From positions 18,482-82,481 of the forward strand of contig JAHOYV010000023.1 in NCBI GenBank assembly GCA_019038745.1: 64,000 nt of DNA, written 5' to 3'. Below the pieces are notes generated by a model. It was not told where the DNA came from. It saw only the letters and a program-made list of their open reading frames with translations, and ran no database searches. The position numbers were made by a program, and so were the translations under genes. The DNA is from Gemmatimonadales bacterium. Its GTDB lineage: Bacteria; Krumholzibacteriota; Krumholzibacteriia; LZORAL124-64-63. Shown here piece by piece: positions 17,981 to 27,898 of the stretch; position 1 is the first letter of the stretch; every line of letters starts with the position of its first letter.

Positions 17981-20900
17981 TCATCCCCGGCCCTGGAAAC
18001 GCTTCCTGGCCTCCACCGGTGCCGGCAAAGTGGCGCGCAAGCGGATCCCTTCTGATCCCGGAATGGCCCGTAACCGCCGCAAACTTTCAAGGGTCAGGGC
18101 GATGTTCTTTCCACCGGACTGCAGAAGCCAGCATTTTCCTTCTCTTGAGACCTCCACCACCAGCGGCACCGGACGAGCCATGAGCGGAGCAGCCGCTTCA
18201 ATTTCTTCATCCTGGGATTTCTCGTCGGAAACTTGTACGCCATCTTCCTCTTCGGGACCTAGAGGACGGATTTGACAAGCCTCCCCGAACTCGTCGAAAA
18301 GACAACCGAGAACCTTCATCCCTGCCGAGCCGGCCTCTTCCAGGTTCATTTTCAGTAATGAGTCCTGCACCCATGTGCCCAGCACTTCGTCGATGCGGGT
18401 GATCCGGTCGACGACGACCTCCCGGGCGCCGTCGCTGCGAACCTGGACTCGTCCTCCCACAACCAGAATGCTGTCACTGCCGACCAGACCCTTGGCAATC
18501 TCGTATTGCTGCGAGTAAATGGTCAGGCTGATCACCCCACTGGTGTCCTCGAAATTGGCCCGCGCGTAGACCCGCTTGTGTCGATCCCGGTGCTTGGTGT
18601 GCGAAGTGATTACCCCCACCAGATCCACCCAGGTCCCCTCGCCCAGTGGATGCACAGAAGCCGCGTTCCGTGTCGGCAGTCCCTCGATCAATTCCCGATA
18701 CTCGTGGAAGGGATGCCCCGACAAGAAAAATCCGACGGCCGCGCGCTCCTTGCTCAACTGGACCAGGGGATCGAAAGGATCGCATTCCCGGAGTGCCGGC
18801 CGGAGCATCTCCACCTCGGCCGTACCCCCGAAAAGCGAAGCCTGTCCGCCGGCCCGGTCACGGGCGCTCTTCTGGCCGAAGGCCAAAGCCCGGTCCAGGT
18901 TCTCCAGCAATTGGCGCCGATGGCCCGGCAGACGATCCATGGCCCCCGCGTTGATCAAGCCCTCCAGGACCTTGCGGTTCACCTTATGCAAATCGACGAA
19001 TTCGCATAGATCGAACAGGTCGTTGAAATCCCGATCGAGCTCCTGTCTTGTCGCAGCGATCAAATCAATGGCCGCGGAGCCCACTCCCTTGACCGCCCCC
19101 ATCCCAAAAACAACCTCTCCCCCACTGACTCCGAACTGCGAACTGGGCTGATTGATATCCGGCGGAACAATGGCCAGGCCCAGGGCCTTGACCTCGTCGA
19201 TGAGCTGGGTGATGCGCTCGGATTTCTTCATTTCGGTGGTCATGGTCGCGGCCATGAATTCGGCAGGATGATGCGCCTTCAACCAGGCGGTCTGGATCGA
19301 AAGCAACGCATAGGCAGCCGAGTGACTCTTGTTGAAACCGTACTGGGCGAAGAACTCCATCTCCTCGTAGATTTCCCGGGCCACGGCGGTATTGAAACCC
19401 CCGGCTTCGGCTCCCTCCAGGAATTTGACCTTTAACTCAGCCATCATATCCAGCTTCTTCTTGCCCATGGCCTTGCGCAGGGTATCGGCCTGGCCCATGG
19501 TGAAGCCACCCATCTTCGAGGCGATTTGCATCACCTGCTCCTGATAGAGGATAACCCCATAGGTATCCTTCAGAATGGGCTCCAGAGTGGGGTCCTTGAA
19601 ATCGACCTTCTGCCGACCGTGCTTGCGCTCGACATAGACCTTGTCCATATCCGCGCCCAGGGGACCGGGGCGATACAGCGCGCAGATGGCCGTGATATCG
19701 TCGTAGCAGGTGGGCGCCAACTTGCGCACCAGTTCCTGCATCCCGCTGCTTTCGAGCTGGAAGACCCCAACGGTCCGCCCGGCCCGTAGAAGCGCGAAAG
19801 TTTTCTCGTCGTCAGTGGGAATCCGGTCGGCGGTCAAGCGTTTGCCCGTAGACTTTGCGATCAAGTCCAGGGCCTTGTCGATGACTGTGAGCGTACGCAG
19901 GCCCAGAAAGTCCATCTTCAGCAGACCCAGCGCTTCGCTCATGTTCATGTCGAACTGGACAGTGATATCGCCCTTGGTGCTGCGGTACAAGGGAGCGTGT
20001 TCGATCAAGGGACTTGGCGTGATCAGGACCCCGGCGGCGTGGATCCCGGTATTCCGATTAAGCCCCTCCAGGACCAGCGCGTTGCGCATCAGCATCGCGT
20101 GCTCGTCCGACTGATCCGAGACCTCCTTCAAACCGGGAGCGGAATCGATGGCCTTGCTCAGCGTAATGCCGACTTCTTCGGGCACCAGGGCGCTGATCCG
20201 GTTGCTCTCGGCGAAGGGAAAGTCCAGCACCCGCGCCACATCCTTGAGCACGGCCTTGGCGGCCATTGTGCCGAAAGTGATTATCTGCGAGACGTTCTGA
20301 CGGCCGTATTTGTGAGCCACGTATTCGATGATCTCACCGCGTTTTTCGTAGCAGAAATCCACGTCGATGTCGGGCATGGAAATGCGTTCGGGATTCAGGA
20401 ATCGCTCGAAGAGCAGCTGGTGTCGCAGGGGATCGATGTCGGTGATCCTCATGCAGTAACAGACCAGACTGCCGGCTGCGGACCCTCGTCCGGGACCCAC
20501 AGGAATATCCAACTTGCGGGCCGCGTCTATGAAGTCCCAAACAATGAGAAAATAGCCGGCGTAACCGGTCTGCCTGATCACACCCAGTTCGTAGGCCAAC
20601 CGCTCCTCCATCTCCTGAGTCAGCGAGTCAAACCGTTCAGCCAGACCCGCCCGGGCAAGATGCTCCACGTACTGGTCAGGCCCGTCGAATCCCTCCGGCA
20701 GGGGAAATTCGGGCAAAAGAAGTTTGCCCAGCTCCAGCTCGAAATCCACCCGGTCTGCAATTTTCAGCGTGTTCTCCAACGCCTCCGGCCAATCCTGGAA
20801 AAGCCTGTGCATTTCCTCGGTGGATTTGAAATAGATCTCCGGTGTATTGCTGCGCCAGCGATTCGGGTCGTTCAGGGTCTTGCCGGTCTGGATGGCCAAC

Positions 20901-21580
20901 AGGATATCGTGGGCCTCGTGGTGCCCGCGGTCCAAAAAGTGGCAATCGTTCGTCGCCACGATGCCGCACCCGATTTCCGCTGCCACCTTCGGCATCAGTT
21001 GGCGGACGCGTTCCTCATCCTCGATCCCGTGGTTCTGGATTTCCAGGAAGTAGTTATCAGGACCGAGGATATCGCGATATGCTGCAGCGGCACCGATCGC
21101 GGCCTTCATGTTGCCGCTCCGCAGGTGGAAATTGGGCTCGCCGCTCAAACAGGCCGAAAGACCAATCAATCCCTCACTGTGACGGCTCAACAGGTCACGG
21201 TCAATGCGGGGCCGGTAGTAGAATCCCTCGAGAAAACCCTGAGAAGACAGCTTGACCAGGTTCTTGTAACCCACGGCGTTCCGCGCCAGCAGGACCATGT
21301 GGTAACTGCGATTGGCCACTTTGTCGGCGCTGCGACTGTGTCGATCGTCGGTGACGTAAACTTCCGATCCGATGATCGGCTTGACCCCAACTTTTTGACA
21401 TGCGAGATAGAATTCGACGGCACCGAACATGTTACCGTGGTCGGTCAGGGCCAGAGCCGTTTGCCCCAACTCCACCGCCCGGCCGGCCATGTCCTTGGGC
21501 TTCATCGCCCCATCCAGCAGACTGTAGTGGGAATGGTTGTGCAGATGCACGAAGTTGTCGGGTAGCGCGGCAAACGTCAT
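17981..21580 (-). CDS. dnaE: DNA polymerase III alpha subunit
   Basis: 1199 aa. PHP domain FVHLHNHSHYSLLDGA, GLSACLSGE, polymerase core MPDIDVDFC, FNKSHSAAYA, and a C-terminal OB region. Confidence 0.97.
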   Translation of the reverse strand: MTFAALPDNFVHLHNHSHYSLLDGAMKPKDMAGRAVELGQTALALTDHGNMFGAVEFYLACQKVGVKPIIGSEVYVTDDRHSRSADKVANRSYHMVLLARNAVGYKNLVKLSSQGFLEGFYYRPRIDRDLLSRHSEGLIGLSACLSGEPNFHLRSGNMKAAIGAAAAYRDILGPDNYFLEIQNHGIEDEERVRQLMPKVAAEIGCGIVATNDCHFLDRGHHEAHDILLAIQTGKTLNDPNRWRSNTPEIYFKSTEEMHRLFQDWPEALENTLKIADRVDFELELGKLLLPEFPLPEGFDGPDQYVEHLARAGLAERFDSLTQEMEERLAYELGVIRQTGYAGYFLIVWDFIDAARKLDIPVGPGRGSAAGSLVCYCMRITDIDPLRHQLLFERFLNPERISMPDIDVDFCYEKRGEIIEYVAHKYGRQNVSQIITFGTMAAKAVLKDVARVLDFPFAESNRISALVPEEVGITLSKAIDSAPGLKEVSDQSDEHAMLMRNALVLEGLNRNTGIHAAGVLITPSPLIEHAPLYRSTKGDITVQFDMNMSEALGLLKMDFLGLRTLTVIDKALDLIAKSTGKRLTADRIPTDDEKTFALLRAGRTVGVFQLESSGMQELVRKLAPTCYDDITAICALYRPGPLGADMDKVYVERKHGRQKVDFKDPTLEPILKDTYGVILYQEQVMQIASKMGGFTMGQADTLRKAMGKKKLDMMAELKVKFLEGAEAGGFNTAVAREIYEEMEFFAQYGFNKSHSAAYALLSIQTAWLKAHHPAEFMAATMTTEMKKSERITQLIDEVKALGLAIVPPDINQPSSQFGVSGGEVVFGMGAVKGVGSAAIDLIAATRQELDRDFNDLFDLCEFVDLHKVNRKVLEGLINAGAMDRLPGHRRQLLENLDRALAFGQKSARDRAGGQASLFGGTAEVEMLRPALRECDPFDPLVQLSKERAAVGFFLSGHPFHEYRELIEGLPTRNAASVHPLGEGTWVDLVGVITSHTKHRDRHKRVYARANFEDTSGVISLTIYSQQYEIAKGLVGSDSILVVGGRVQVRSDGAREVVVDRITRIDEVLGTWVQDSLLKMNLEEAGSAGMKVLGCLFDEFGEACQIRPLGPEEEDGVQVSDEKSQDEEIEAAAPLMARPVPLVVEVSREGKCWLLQSGGKNIALTLESLRRLRAIPGSEGIRLRATLPAPVEARKRFQGRG

Positions 21581-21736
21581 GGATGCGGTTCACGATCCTG
21601 GTTGAAAAGACAACAGAGCCGGAGTATTTCGGTAAGGCAATATTGCTCCACCAACCCCGAGGTTGGCGGAGAACTAGGATAACCCTTTCCAGCCAGCACT
21701 TCAACCGACTGGTGCCCCCAACCGGCGCCCGCCTCC

Positions 21737-22570
21737 CTAGGGACCGAACCCTTCCCGCAGAATATCCAGCAAATCCAGGGATTCCTTTCCATTTTCGGCA
21801 GCAATATCTTTTAGGGAAAGCTGGGAATCGACCCGCCAGCCTGCATTTTCAAGCAGGCGCACGGCTTCACCGAGATCCTTGTTATAATCTGAGCAGAAGT
21901 CGGTCAGGGTTTTGCGCCCGCTGCCCCTGGGCATGGATTCCGGAATGGGCAACGCCCCGGTGGGACGCTGGTCCTGGGGACCCAGCATGATTTCGTACAA
22001 TGCCTGGGGAGACATCCCGTTGGCGTGGGCCAGGTCGATAATTATTATTTCCGGAGCAACACCCTCGACTCCGGCTGCCGCCAAATTTTCCTTGGCCAGG
22101 TTGGGATCCAGGCCCACATTGCGGAAAAAGACCTGCAGACTGGATTCCTCGGCGTGGCCATAGGGAGGTTCACCCAGTTCGGCGGCCCCATCATCCTCGA
22201 TTTTTTCTCTCAAATCCTGGATCCAAACCAGGGGCGGCACACCGGCCAGGGTAAGGCCCACAAACAGGGCCATCAAGCCCAGCGCTACGTTGAAGTTGGG
22301 CGTAAAGAGCTTGAACTGGCGAGCCTTGTTCTTCATATAGGCCGTGATTGGTCGCCAGTTGTAGTAGATGTGGAAGGATCCTGCGATCAGCATCAGGAAG
22401 CCGGTGTTGGTATGGATGTTTCCCCACTGGGTTTTTGAAATTCCCCAAAGCATCCAGTCCGACCAGTAGGCCACCCGACCCTGCGGCACGATAAAGAGAA
22501 TAATGCTGGTTACCAGCATCACCAGAATGGACAAGAACAAGGTCAGCGACACGATTCTTCGCAAACTCAC
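21737..22570 (-). CDS. DUF4405-like four-helix membrane protein with a duplicated C-terminal helical module
   Basis: Trimmed to GTG 22570 (GGAGGA 6 nt upstream; GTGA overlap with the M23 gene stop). TM helices with conserved His/Trp (WGNIHTNTGFLMLIAGSFHIYYNWRPI). The C-terminal ~130 aa form two similar ~55-aa units. Confidence 0.55.
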   Translation of the reverse strand: MSLRRIVSLTLFLSILVMLVTSIILFIVPQGRVAYWSDWMLWGISKTQWGNIHTNTGFLMLIAGSFHIYYNWRPITAYMKNKARQFKLFTPNFNVALGLMALFVGLTLAGVPPLVWIQDLREKIEDDGAAELGEPPYGHAEESSLQVFFRNVGLDPNLAKENLAAAGVEGVAPEIIIIDLAHANGMSPQALYEIMLGPQDQRPTGALPIPESMPRGSGRKTLTDFCSDYNKDLGEAVRLLENAGWRVDSQLSLKDIAAENGKESLDLLDILREGFGP

Positions 22571-24627
22571 GGGCCGTCCTCCACACAATCCAGGGTGATC
22601 TCGACCGAAGCGGAGTTACCCGCTTCATCGGAAGCTACAATGTAAAGGCTATGTTCGCCGGCAACAATGTAATCCGGCAATTCGACCAGGATTCGGTCCC
22701 GGACCAGATCCGGTTCCACCACCAATTGCACCCCATCCAGGAGTACCGCAATAGATTCCGGCGCCACCCCGGATCCATTATCCACTATCCCGACCGGAAA
22801 TATCTCCCAGTTGGGCAAAGTCACTCCAGGAAAAGGAGAAGGGTCGCCCTGGGTAATATCAAAAACGGTTGAGCCAATGGCTGGACCAATTGCGGGACCA
22901 ATAGCGGGGCCAACCGAGTCCCCGAACACGGCGTAAAACCCAGGTTCGGCGATTCGGGCCCTTGGATTGCTCCGACCAATCAGCGGCTCAAGCAACGGTC
23001 CTGAGTAATCCCATTCTTTTCCATCCCACACATAGGCTCCGGTCCCCAGATCAAGCCATATTGTCGTTCCACTGGGCTGGGAACCGACCCCGGGAAGTTC
23101 CAGATTCAAGGCAGCATCGATAGGCCAATCGGCTGCCGAAAAAACCGAGCCGCCATACAGGCCGCTCAGCCCTTGGAAGGCAGCCGCTTTCCGCTGAGCT
23201 TCATCCAACTCCGACACGGACCGCCAAAGGAAAGCCCTGGCCAGGAGCGGATCGCCGGCTTCGGGAGAGAAAACCAGTGGCTCAAACTCCCCTGCGCCTT
23301 CAGGAGCTACTTCAAAGAAGGGCGTCAACCTGATGTCTATACCGCTGTTAGGGTTTTTCCGGACAATCTCTACGGGGCTGTGACACCAGCCATCAAAGAA
23401 GTCCCGTTGCCCAGCGTCCTTGTCCCTCCATGAATCAACAACTACCAACAAGGGGAGCAAAACCGTGGCATCCTCCCCGGTGAAGTCACGGGCAATGATC
23501 CGCAATTCGTGGGCACCAGGAGACAATCCATCCCCACCGGAACCCAGATACCATAGGCCCCCTTCTCGACCAGAAAGATTGATTCCGACTCGCCGATGCA
23601 GCCAATGCTCCCTGATCGCTTCCTGCTCGTCGGTTGCGGGCAATTCCAACCATTCCAGCCGCTGCTGGCTAACTTCATCGAAAGAAAAACCTTCGTTCCG
23701 GCAACGATAAACAACTTTTCCGTCCAAATGGACTTCGATGATCTCCGGCTCAAGGATATGATCCCGAATGTCTGAACGGTCTGTGATCCTGGCGCTGAAG
23801 GCAACGGGGCCTTCCAGGGTCAACATTGGCAGAGTCGTCACCTCCCCCTCAACGGATTTGGCTGGAACCAGGCAAATTGCCGCCAGATTCAAGCCTTCCA
23901 CCAGGGAAGTGGGACTGGCCGGATGAGCACGGATGTGATGAATTACCGGAGCAAAGGTGTCAGGAATCGCGAAACCGAAGTTCAGCGGATTAAGGGGGCG
24001 TTGCAGAGAATCCCGCACCTCGAAATGCAGATGAGGGCCCAAGGTGCCGCTCTGCCCGGACAAGCCCAGCACATCTCCCCGCCTAACCGGAAACTCGTGT
24101 GGGGAATACTCCAGCCGGGCTCGATAGGCGCCGCTCTTTTGCCGGGCCGATGCCAGTTCCCTCCGGATCAGGTCATTGAAGCGGGACAAATGGGCATACA
24201 CATAAGTTCGGCCCGAATCCCCTCGCAAATAGATTGCCCTGCCATAAGCGCCGGGAGTAGCCCGCACTCGAGAAATCCACCCGTCCTGAACCGCATAAAC
24301 GGGGAACCCACAGCGGGACCTGGTCTTGAAATCCAGCCCGGCATGGAATCGTCCGGGACGGTATTCCATGAAATTGCTGGTAAGGTATCGCTCCGGCAGA
24401 TCCAGGGGCCAGACTGTCTCTATCCCGGATTCTGAAACGACACCAGCTTCCCTCTCTGCCCCGGCTATTACTTCGGCCCCCACCTCGGCCACAATCTGGG
24501 CCTCGGCAGGAGACCCCGGCCAGAAGGCTATAACCAGCAAAACAAAGCATGCCAAAAACCCATAAACCGGGCCTTCGAAATGTTGTTTTTGTTTTACGTA
24601 TCGTGTTATAGGGCAATCCATAAGCAT
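22567..24627 (-). CDS. Membrane-anchored M23-family (LytM-type) metallopeptidase with long C-terminal Ig-like regions
   Basis: HAGLDFKT and GQSGTLGPHLHFEVRD zinc-binding motifs. N-terminal TM anchor GFLACFVLLVIAFW. AAGGA lies 5 nt upstream of ATG 24627. Confidence 0.85.
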   Translation of the reverse strand: MLMDCPITRYVKQKQHFEGPVYGFLACFVLLVIAFWPGSPAEAQIVAEVGAEVIAGAEREAGVVSESGIETVWPLDLPERYLTSNFMEYRPGRFHAGLDFKTRSRCGFPVYAVQDGWISRVRATPGAYGRAIYLRGDSGRTYVYAHLSRFNDLIRRELASARQKSGAYRARLEYSPHEFPVRRGDVLGLSGQSGTLGPHLHFEVRDSLQRPLNPLNFGFAIPDTFAPVIHHIRAHPASPTSLVEGLNLAAICLVPAKSVEGEVTTLPMLTLEGPVAFSARITDRSDIRDHILEPEIIEVHLDGKVVYRCRNEGFSFDEVSQQRLEWLELPATDEQEAIREHWLHRRVGINLSGREGGLWYLGSGGDGLSPGAHELRIIARDFTGEDATVLLPLLVVVDSWRDKDAGQRDFFDGWCHSPVEIVRKNPNSGIDIRLTPFFEVAPEGAGEFEPLVFSPEAGDPLLARAFLWRSVSELDEAQRKAAAFQGLSGLYGGSVFSAADWPIDAALNLELPGVGSQPSGTTIWLDLGTGAYVWDGKEWDYSGPLLEPLIGRSNPRARIAEPGFYAVFGDSVGPAIGPAIGPAIGSTVFDITQGDPSPFPGVTLPNWEIFPVGIVDNGSGVAPESIAVLLDGVQLVVEPDLVRDRILVELPDYIVAGEHSLYIVASDEAGNSASVEITLDCVEDGP
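22874..22909 (-). repeat. In-frame 12-nt tandem repeat (3 copies plus a degenerate 4th) encoding GPAI-GPAI-GPAI inside the M23 peptidase gene
   Basis: Plus strand reads ccaatggctgga ccaattgcggga ccaatagcgggg (ccaaccgagtcc). The protein reads SVGPAIGPAIGPAIGSTVF. Confidence 0.8.
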
Positions 24628-24805
24628 TATCGTCCTTGGAATCTTCAGTCATTCTGGACACAGGGTAACGGGAAACAGTTCAGGGGACAAGAATAGTCTG
24701 CCGATATAGGATGTGTACGAGGGAAAGGATTTCCACCTCCGCGACCCCCCTGGTGCCACTTCGGTTCCGGATGGAGTTCGTCGGTTTCATCCTCTGGAGG
24801 AGACC

Positions 24806-26158
24806 ATGACTACCACGACCAGCCATTGGCTTGATGAAGCGACTGCCATTACGGCCCCGGAAGGCAGGAACTTCCTGCTGGACACAAATGTCCTGCTTCA
24901 CGATGCGGATTGCCTTTCCGGATTCGAGGAAAACAACGTCATCCTGACGGTTGACGTTTTGGAGGAACTGGACCGCTTCAAACGAGGCAACGACGAGAAA
25001 GCCCGCAACGCCCGCCGGGTAATCCGAACGATTGATTCCCTTCGTGACGGTAGTCCACTGAGCAAGGGAGTACCCCTACCCCATGGGGGGAAACTCTATG
25101 TCCTGGTCAAGAGCTTTACCGACTATCTCCCCAAAGGAATGGATAAATCGGTTCCCGACAACCGGATCCTGGCTGCTGCCTGCGCCCTGGACAAGGCCGG
25201 GAACGAAGTCATCTTCGTGACCAAGGACATCAACGCCCGGGTCAAGGCTGACGCCCTGGGCATCAAGGCTGACGATTTCCTGCACAGCCGAGTCAATTTC
25301 GACGAGTTGTACACCGGCTGGGTCGAGGTCGAGGTTCCAGCCGATGTCATCGACTCCTTTTATCAGGGCACACCAGCCGCCCTTGAGGAAGAGCTGTCCC
25401 CCAACGAGGGTGTTTTGCTGAAAGACGAGGGCAATCCCAAACACTCCGCTCGCGGAATTTTCCGAGCCGAAAGCGGGCTGGTTGAACCCTTCCTACACAG
25501 CGAGAGCCGTCCCTGGGGACTCTCCCCACGCAACGTCCAGCAGCAGTTCGCCCTGGAACTTCTGTTGAGGCCGGACATAAGCCTGGTCACAATGCTGGGT
25601 ATGGCGGGGACCGGCAAGACCCTGTTGGCTTTGGCGGCCGGGCTACAGATGGTGGCCGAAGAGAAGCGCTACCGGCGCATAATGGTCTCCCGTCCCATAA
25701 TGCCCTTGGGCAAGGACATCGGCTACCTGCCGGGCAGCAAGGACGAAAAACTTGCAAGTTGGATGCAACCGGTTTCGGACAATCTACAATACCTGGTGGA
25801 CCCGAAGCTTGAGGAAACCGGCGACAAGGTGCAATACCTGTTCGACACCGGGGTAGTCGAGGTCGAGGCGGTAACCTACATCCGCGGTCGAAGTCTGCCG
25901 AAACTTTTCATCATCATCGACGAGGCCCAGAATCTGACGCCGCATGAAGTGAAAACAGTGGTTAGCCGGGCTGGAGAAGACGCCAAGGTGGTTTTGACGG
26001 GAGACGCCTACCAGATCGACAATCCCTATCTGGACGCGTCATCCAACGGGTTGACCTACGTAGTGGAACGCTTCCGAAACCAGAATATCCACGGACATAT
26101 CACGCTGGCCAAGAGCGAGCGGAGTGAACTGGCCAGTTTGGCCGCCAAATTACTCTGA
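24806..26158 (+). CDS. PIN-domain / PhoH-like ATPase (YlaK-type)
   Basis: Trimmed to ATG 24806 (GGAGG 5 nt upstream). PIN region FLLDTNVLLHD...NVILTVDVLEELD. PhoH Walker A GMAGTGKT, Walker B FIIIDEAQNLTPHE, and VVLTGDAYQID. Confidence 0.9.
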   Translation: MTTTTSHWLDEATAITAPEGRNFLLDTNVLLHDADCLSGFEENNVILTVDVLEELDRFKRGNDEKARNARRVIRTIDSLRDGSPLSKGVPLPHGGKLYVLVKSFTDYLPKGMDKSVPDNRILAAACALDKAGNEVIFVTKDINARVKADALGIKADDFLHSRVNFDELYTGWVEVEVPADVIDSFYQGTPAALEEELSPNEGVLLKDEGNPKHSARGIFRAESGLVEPFLHSESRPWGLSPRNVQQQFALELLLRPDISLVTMLGMAGTGKTLLALAAGLQMVAEEKRYRRIMVSRPIMPLGKDIGYLPGSKDEKLASWMQPVSDNLQYLVDPKLEETGDKVQYLFDTGVVEVEAVTYIRGRSLPKLFIIIDEAQNLTPHEVKTVVSRAGEDAKVVLTGDAYQIDNPYLDASSNGLTYVVERFRNQNIHGHITLAKSERSELASLAAKLL

Positions 26159-26962
26159 GGCCCCGTCGCTAACGGTCACCGAACCCAGGTCGATCATGAT
26201 CTGCCGAAGCTGACCCACCAGACACGCGTTGCACCTCTTGACCGCTTTCGGCAGAAAGTCGTCAACCAGTTCCTGGTCCTGCCTGGAGGTCGCAGTAACG
26301 TACACTTTATCGTAAACTTCACCCAGGCACGTTTCCTGCCAAAGGATGTTGCCGGTTCGGTCCTTGAGGGTCAAACGAACCTCGGCCTCCGCCTGGTTAC
26401 TGGACGACATGGGCACTGCCATCATCGCCACCGCACCCAGTACCGCACCCACATTCAACCGATCTGATGTATCTTTCCCCAGGGCCAGCCCTGTCGCAAA
26501 TCCCAACGAACTCGGCACAAGGAAAGAATTCCAGGATCGGCGGAACTTGCAACCGAGCGAGAGTAGATCCGCCGACAGGACATAATCCGCCTGGGCCCGC
26601 AACGGCACAAGTTCCACGAGGTGGGTTTGCACCAAATCCTGGGCAAGGGCATCGGCGTAAACTGCGGCAGGATCCACAGCCCAAGCGCCTTCTTTGGGAT
26701 AAGTGATCGTAAAGAAATGCCCACTGCCACGCTTCTGCTCAATAGGCCTAAGATCCCTGACGGACCCCATATACACTGCGGGAGTATTTAGGTTACGCAG
26801 CTTGAAATCAAGTTCTTCCTCTGGATAGTTGAAAACAATTTCGGGACTGCCACAGGAGCAGATACCAAGCAAAAGCGGAAACAAAAGAAGCAGACGAGTC
26901 CCCTGGACAAAGAGAGTCCAGCTTGGATTCTGCCGACTGCAACCCCAATCCGAAATATTCAT
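26150..26962 (-). CDS. Putative lipoprotein, function unknown
   Basis: AGGAGA upstream of ATG 26962. Signal plus possible lipobox LLLFPLLLGICS/C. No recognisable catalytic motif. Its 3' end overlaps the convergent PhoH-like gene by 9 nt. Confidence 0.55.
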   Translation of the reverse strand: MNISDWGCSRQNPSWTLFVQGTRLLLLFPLLLGICSCGSPEIVFNYPEEELDFKLRNLNTPAVYMGSVRDLRPIEQKRGSGHFFTITYPKEGAWAVDPAAVYADALAQDLVQTHLVELVPLRAQADYVLSADLLSLGCKFRRSWNSFLVPSSLGFATGLALGKDTSDRLNVGAVLGAVAMMAVPMSSSNQAEAEVRLTLKDRTGNILWQETCLGEVYDKVYVTATSRQDQELVDDFLPKAVKRCNACLVGQLRQIMIDLGSVTVSDGASE

Positions 26963-27046
26963 CCCTTTTCTCCTGAGACTACCCGAAGGGGAAAATTTCC
27001 TTCGGTCCGGTTGAATTGGCGATCAAAGTGTCTTGGTGAGATAAAA

Positions 27047-27898
27047 CTACATTCCCGGCACTCGCAAAGCCAGTCCCCGGTGAAGACCAAGGAAAACCGA
27101 GGCGTCCTCATCGCGCAAGGCGATCTCCAAGGTGTCGGCGCTCCCCCAGTACCAGAAGGGGGAACCAGGTTCGGCATGGACATATGCGCTCACCGGCCCG
27201 GGAATCCTGTGACCGGCCACTTCCACCTCTCGGCCGCCATCCAACTGTAGCCCGGCTATGGAATCCCTTTCCAGGTCGGAGATGCCATTACCGAAGCGAT
27301 CAATCCAACGAATTCGATACATCGGCCCCCCTGCCCCACTGCCCTCGGGAAAGCCCAGACCGGGCAACTCCCCCAAGGCTTCCGGCCCAACAGCAGAGCC
27401 AAGCTGTTCCAAAGGTATGCCCATGGCCAGGTGGGCGGCCACCGGAGCAAACACATCCCTGCCTTGGAATGTTTCCGAAATGCCACCCGAGGCTCCGGTG
27501 CGGTGATAGAGGGAATTATCCAGCTGAACAATGGCCAAAGCCTGGTTGCCCCTTTTCTCCAGGACACGATCAACCAGCCCCCTGAACAATCCGTTACCCG
27601 GCCCAACCAGGAAGTGCCCTCCGAGCGCCAGGGCCAGAGCCGGCCGATCTCCACCGACACCAGGATCCACTACCGCCAAATGAATCGTCCCGACCGGATA
27701 AGTGAACACTACATTGCCCAGAAACCAGGCCGCGGCCTCGATATCCCCGGCGGGGACATCGTGACTCAAGTCCACAACCGGCGGTGGGGCGATCAAGCCC
27801 GGCCATCGGTCCCATTCCGAATACAGCACACCTTTTACCGCTCCAACCCATGGATCCGACCAGCCAAAATCCGTCAGTAGGGTAACTACCGGACCCAT
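27047..27898 (-). CDS. SAM hydrolase / S-adenosyl-L-methionine hydroxide adenosyltransferase family (DUF62)
   Basis: N-terminus VTLLTDFGWSDPWVGAVKGV is the family signature. ...GTIHLAVVDPGVGG.... TAATG overlap with the NhaC gene stop. Confidence 0.85.
   Translation of the reverse strand: MGPVVTLLTDFGWSDPWVGAVKGVLYSEWDRWPGLIAPPPVVDLSHDVPAGDIEAAAWFLGNVVFTYPVGTIHLAVVDPGVGGDRPALALALGGHFLVGPGNGLFRGLVDRVLEKRGNQALAIVQLDNSLYHRTGASGGISETFQGRDVFAPVAAHLAMGIPLEQLGSAVGPEALGELPGLGFPEGSGAGGPMYRIRWIDRFGNGISDLERDSIAGLQLDGGREVEVAGHRIPGPVSAYVHAEPGSPFWYWGSADTLEIALRDEDASVFLGLHRGLALRVPGM

Noticed and set aside
19997-21565. Long antisense ORFs opposite well-supported genes. This 522-aa example lies opposite dnaE. 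Others are 16994-17962 (opposite accA), 35371-36432 (nuoL), 41677-42987 (nuoF/nuoE), 46252-47118 (TPR gene), 57225-58097 (FTCD) and 10708-11535 (porV).
   Set aside because: This is a typical stop-poor antisense frame in GC-rich coding DNA. The products are rich in R/G/P/H/Q with no motifs, no SD-supported starts, and complete overlap with genes that have strong family signatures.
26983-27005. 7-bp hairpin CCGAAGG-N9-CCTTCGG between the DUF62 gene and the lipoprotein gene
   Set aside because: There is no U tract on the transcribed strand, and the downstream gene's SD follows immediately. It is probably an intercistronic structure rather than a terminator.
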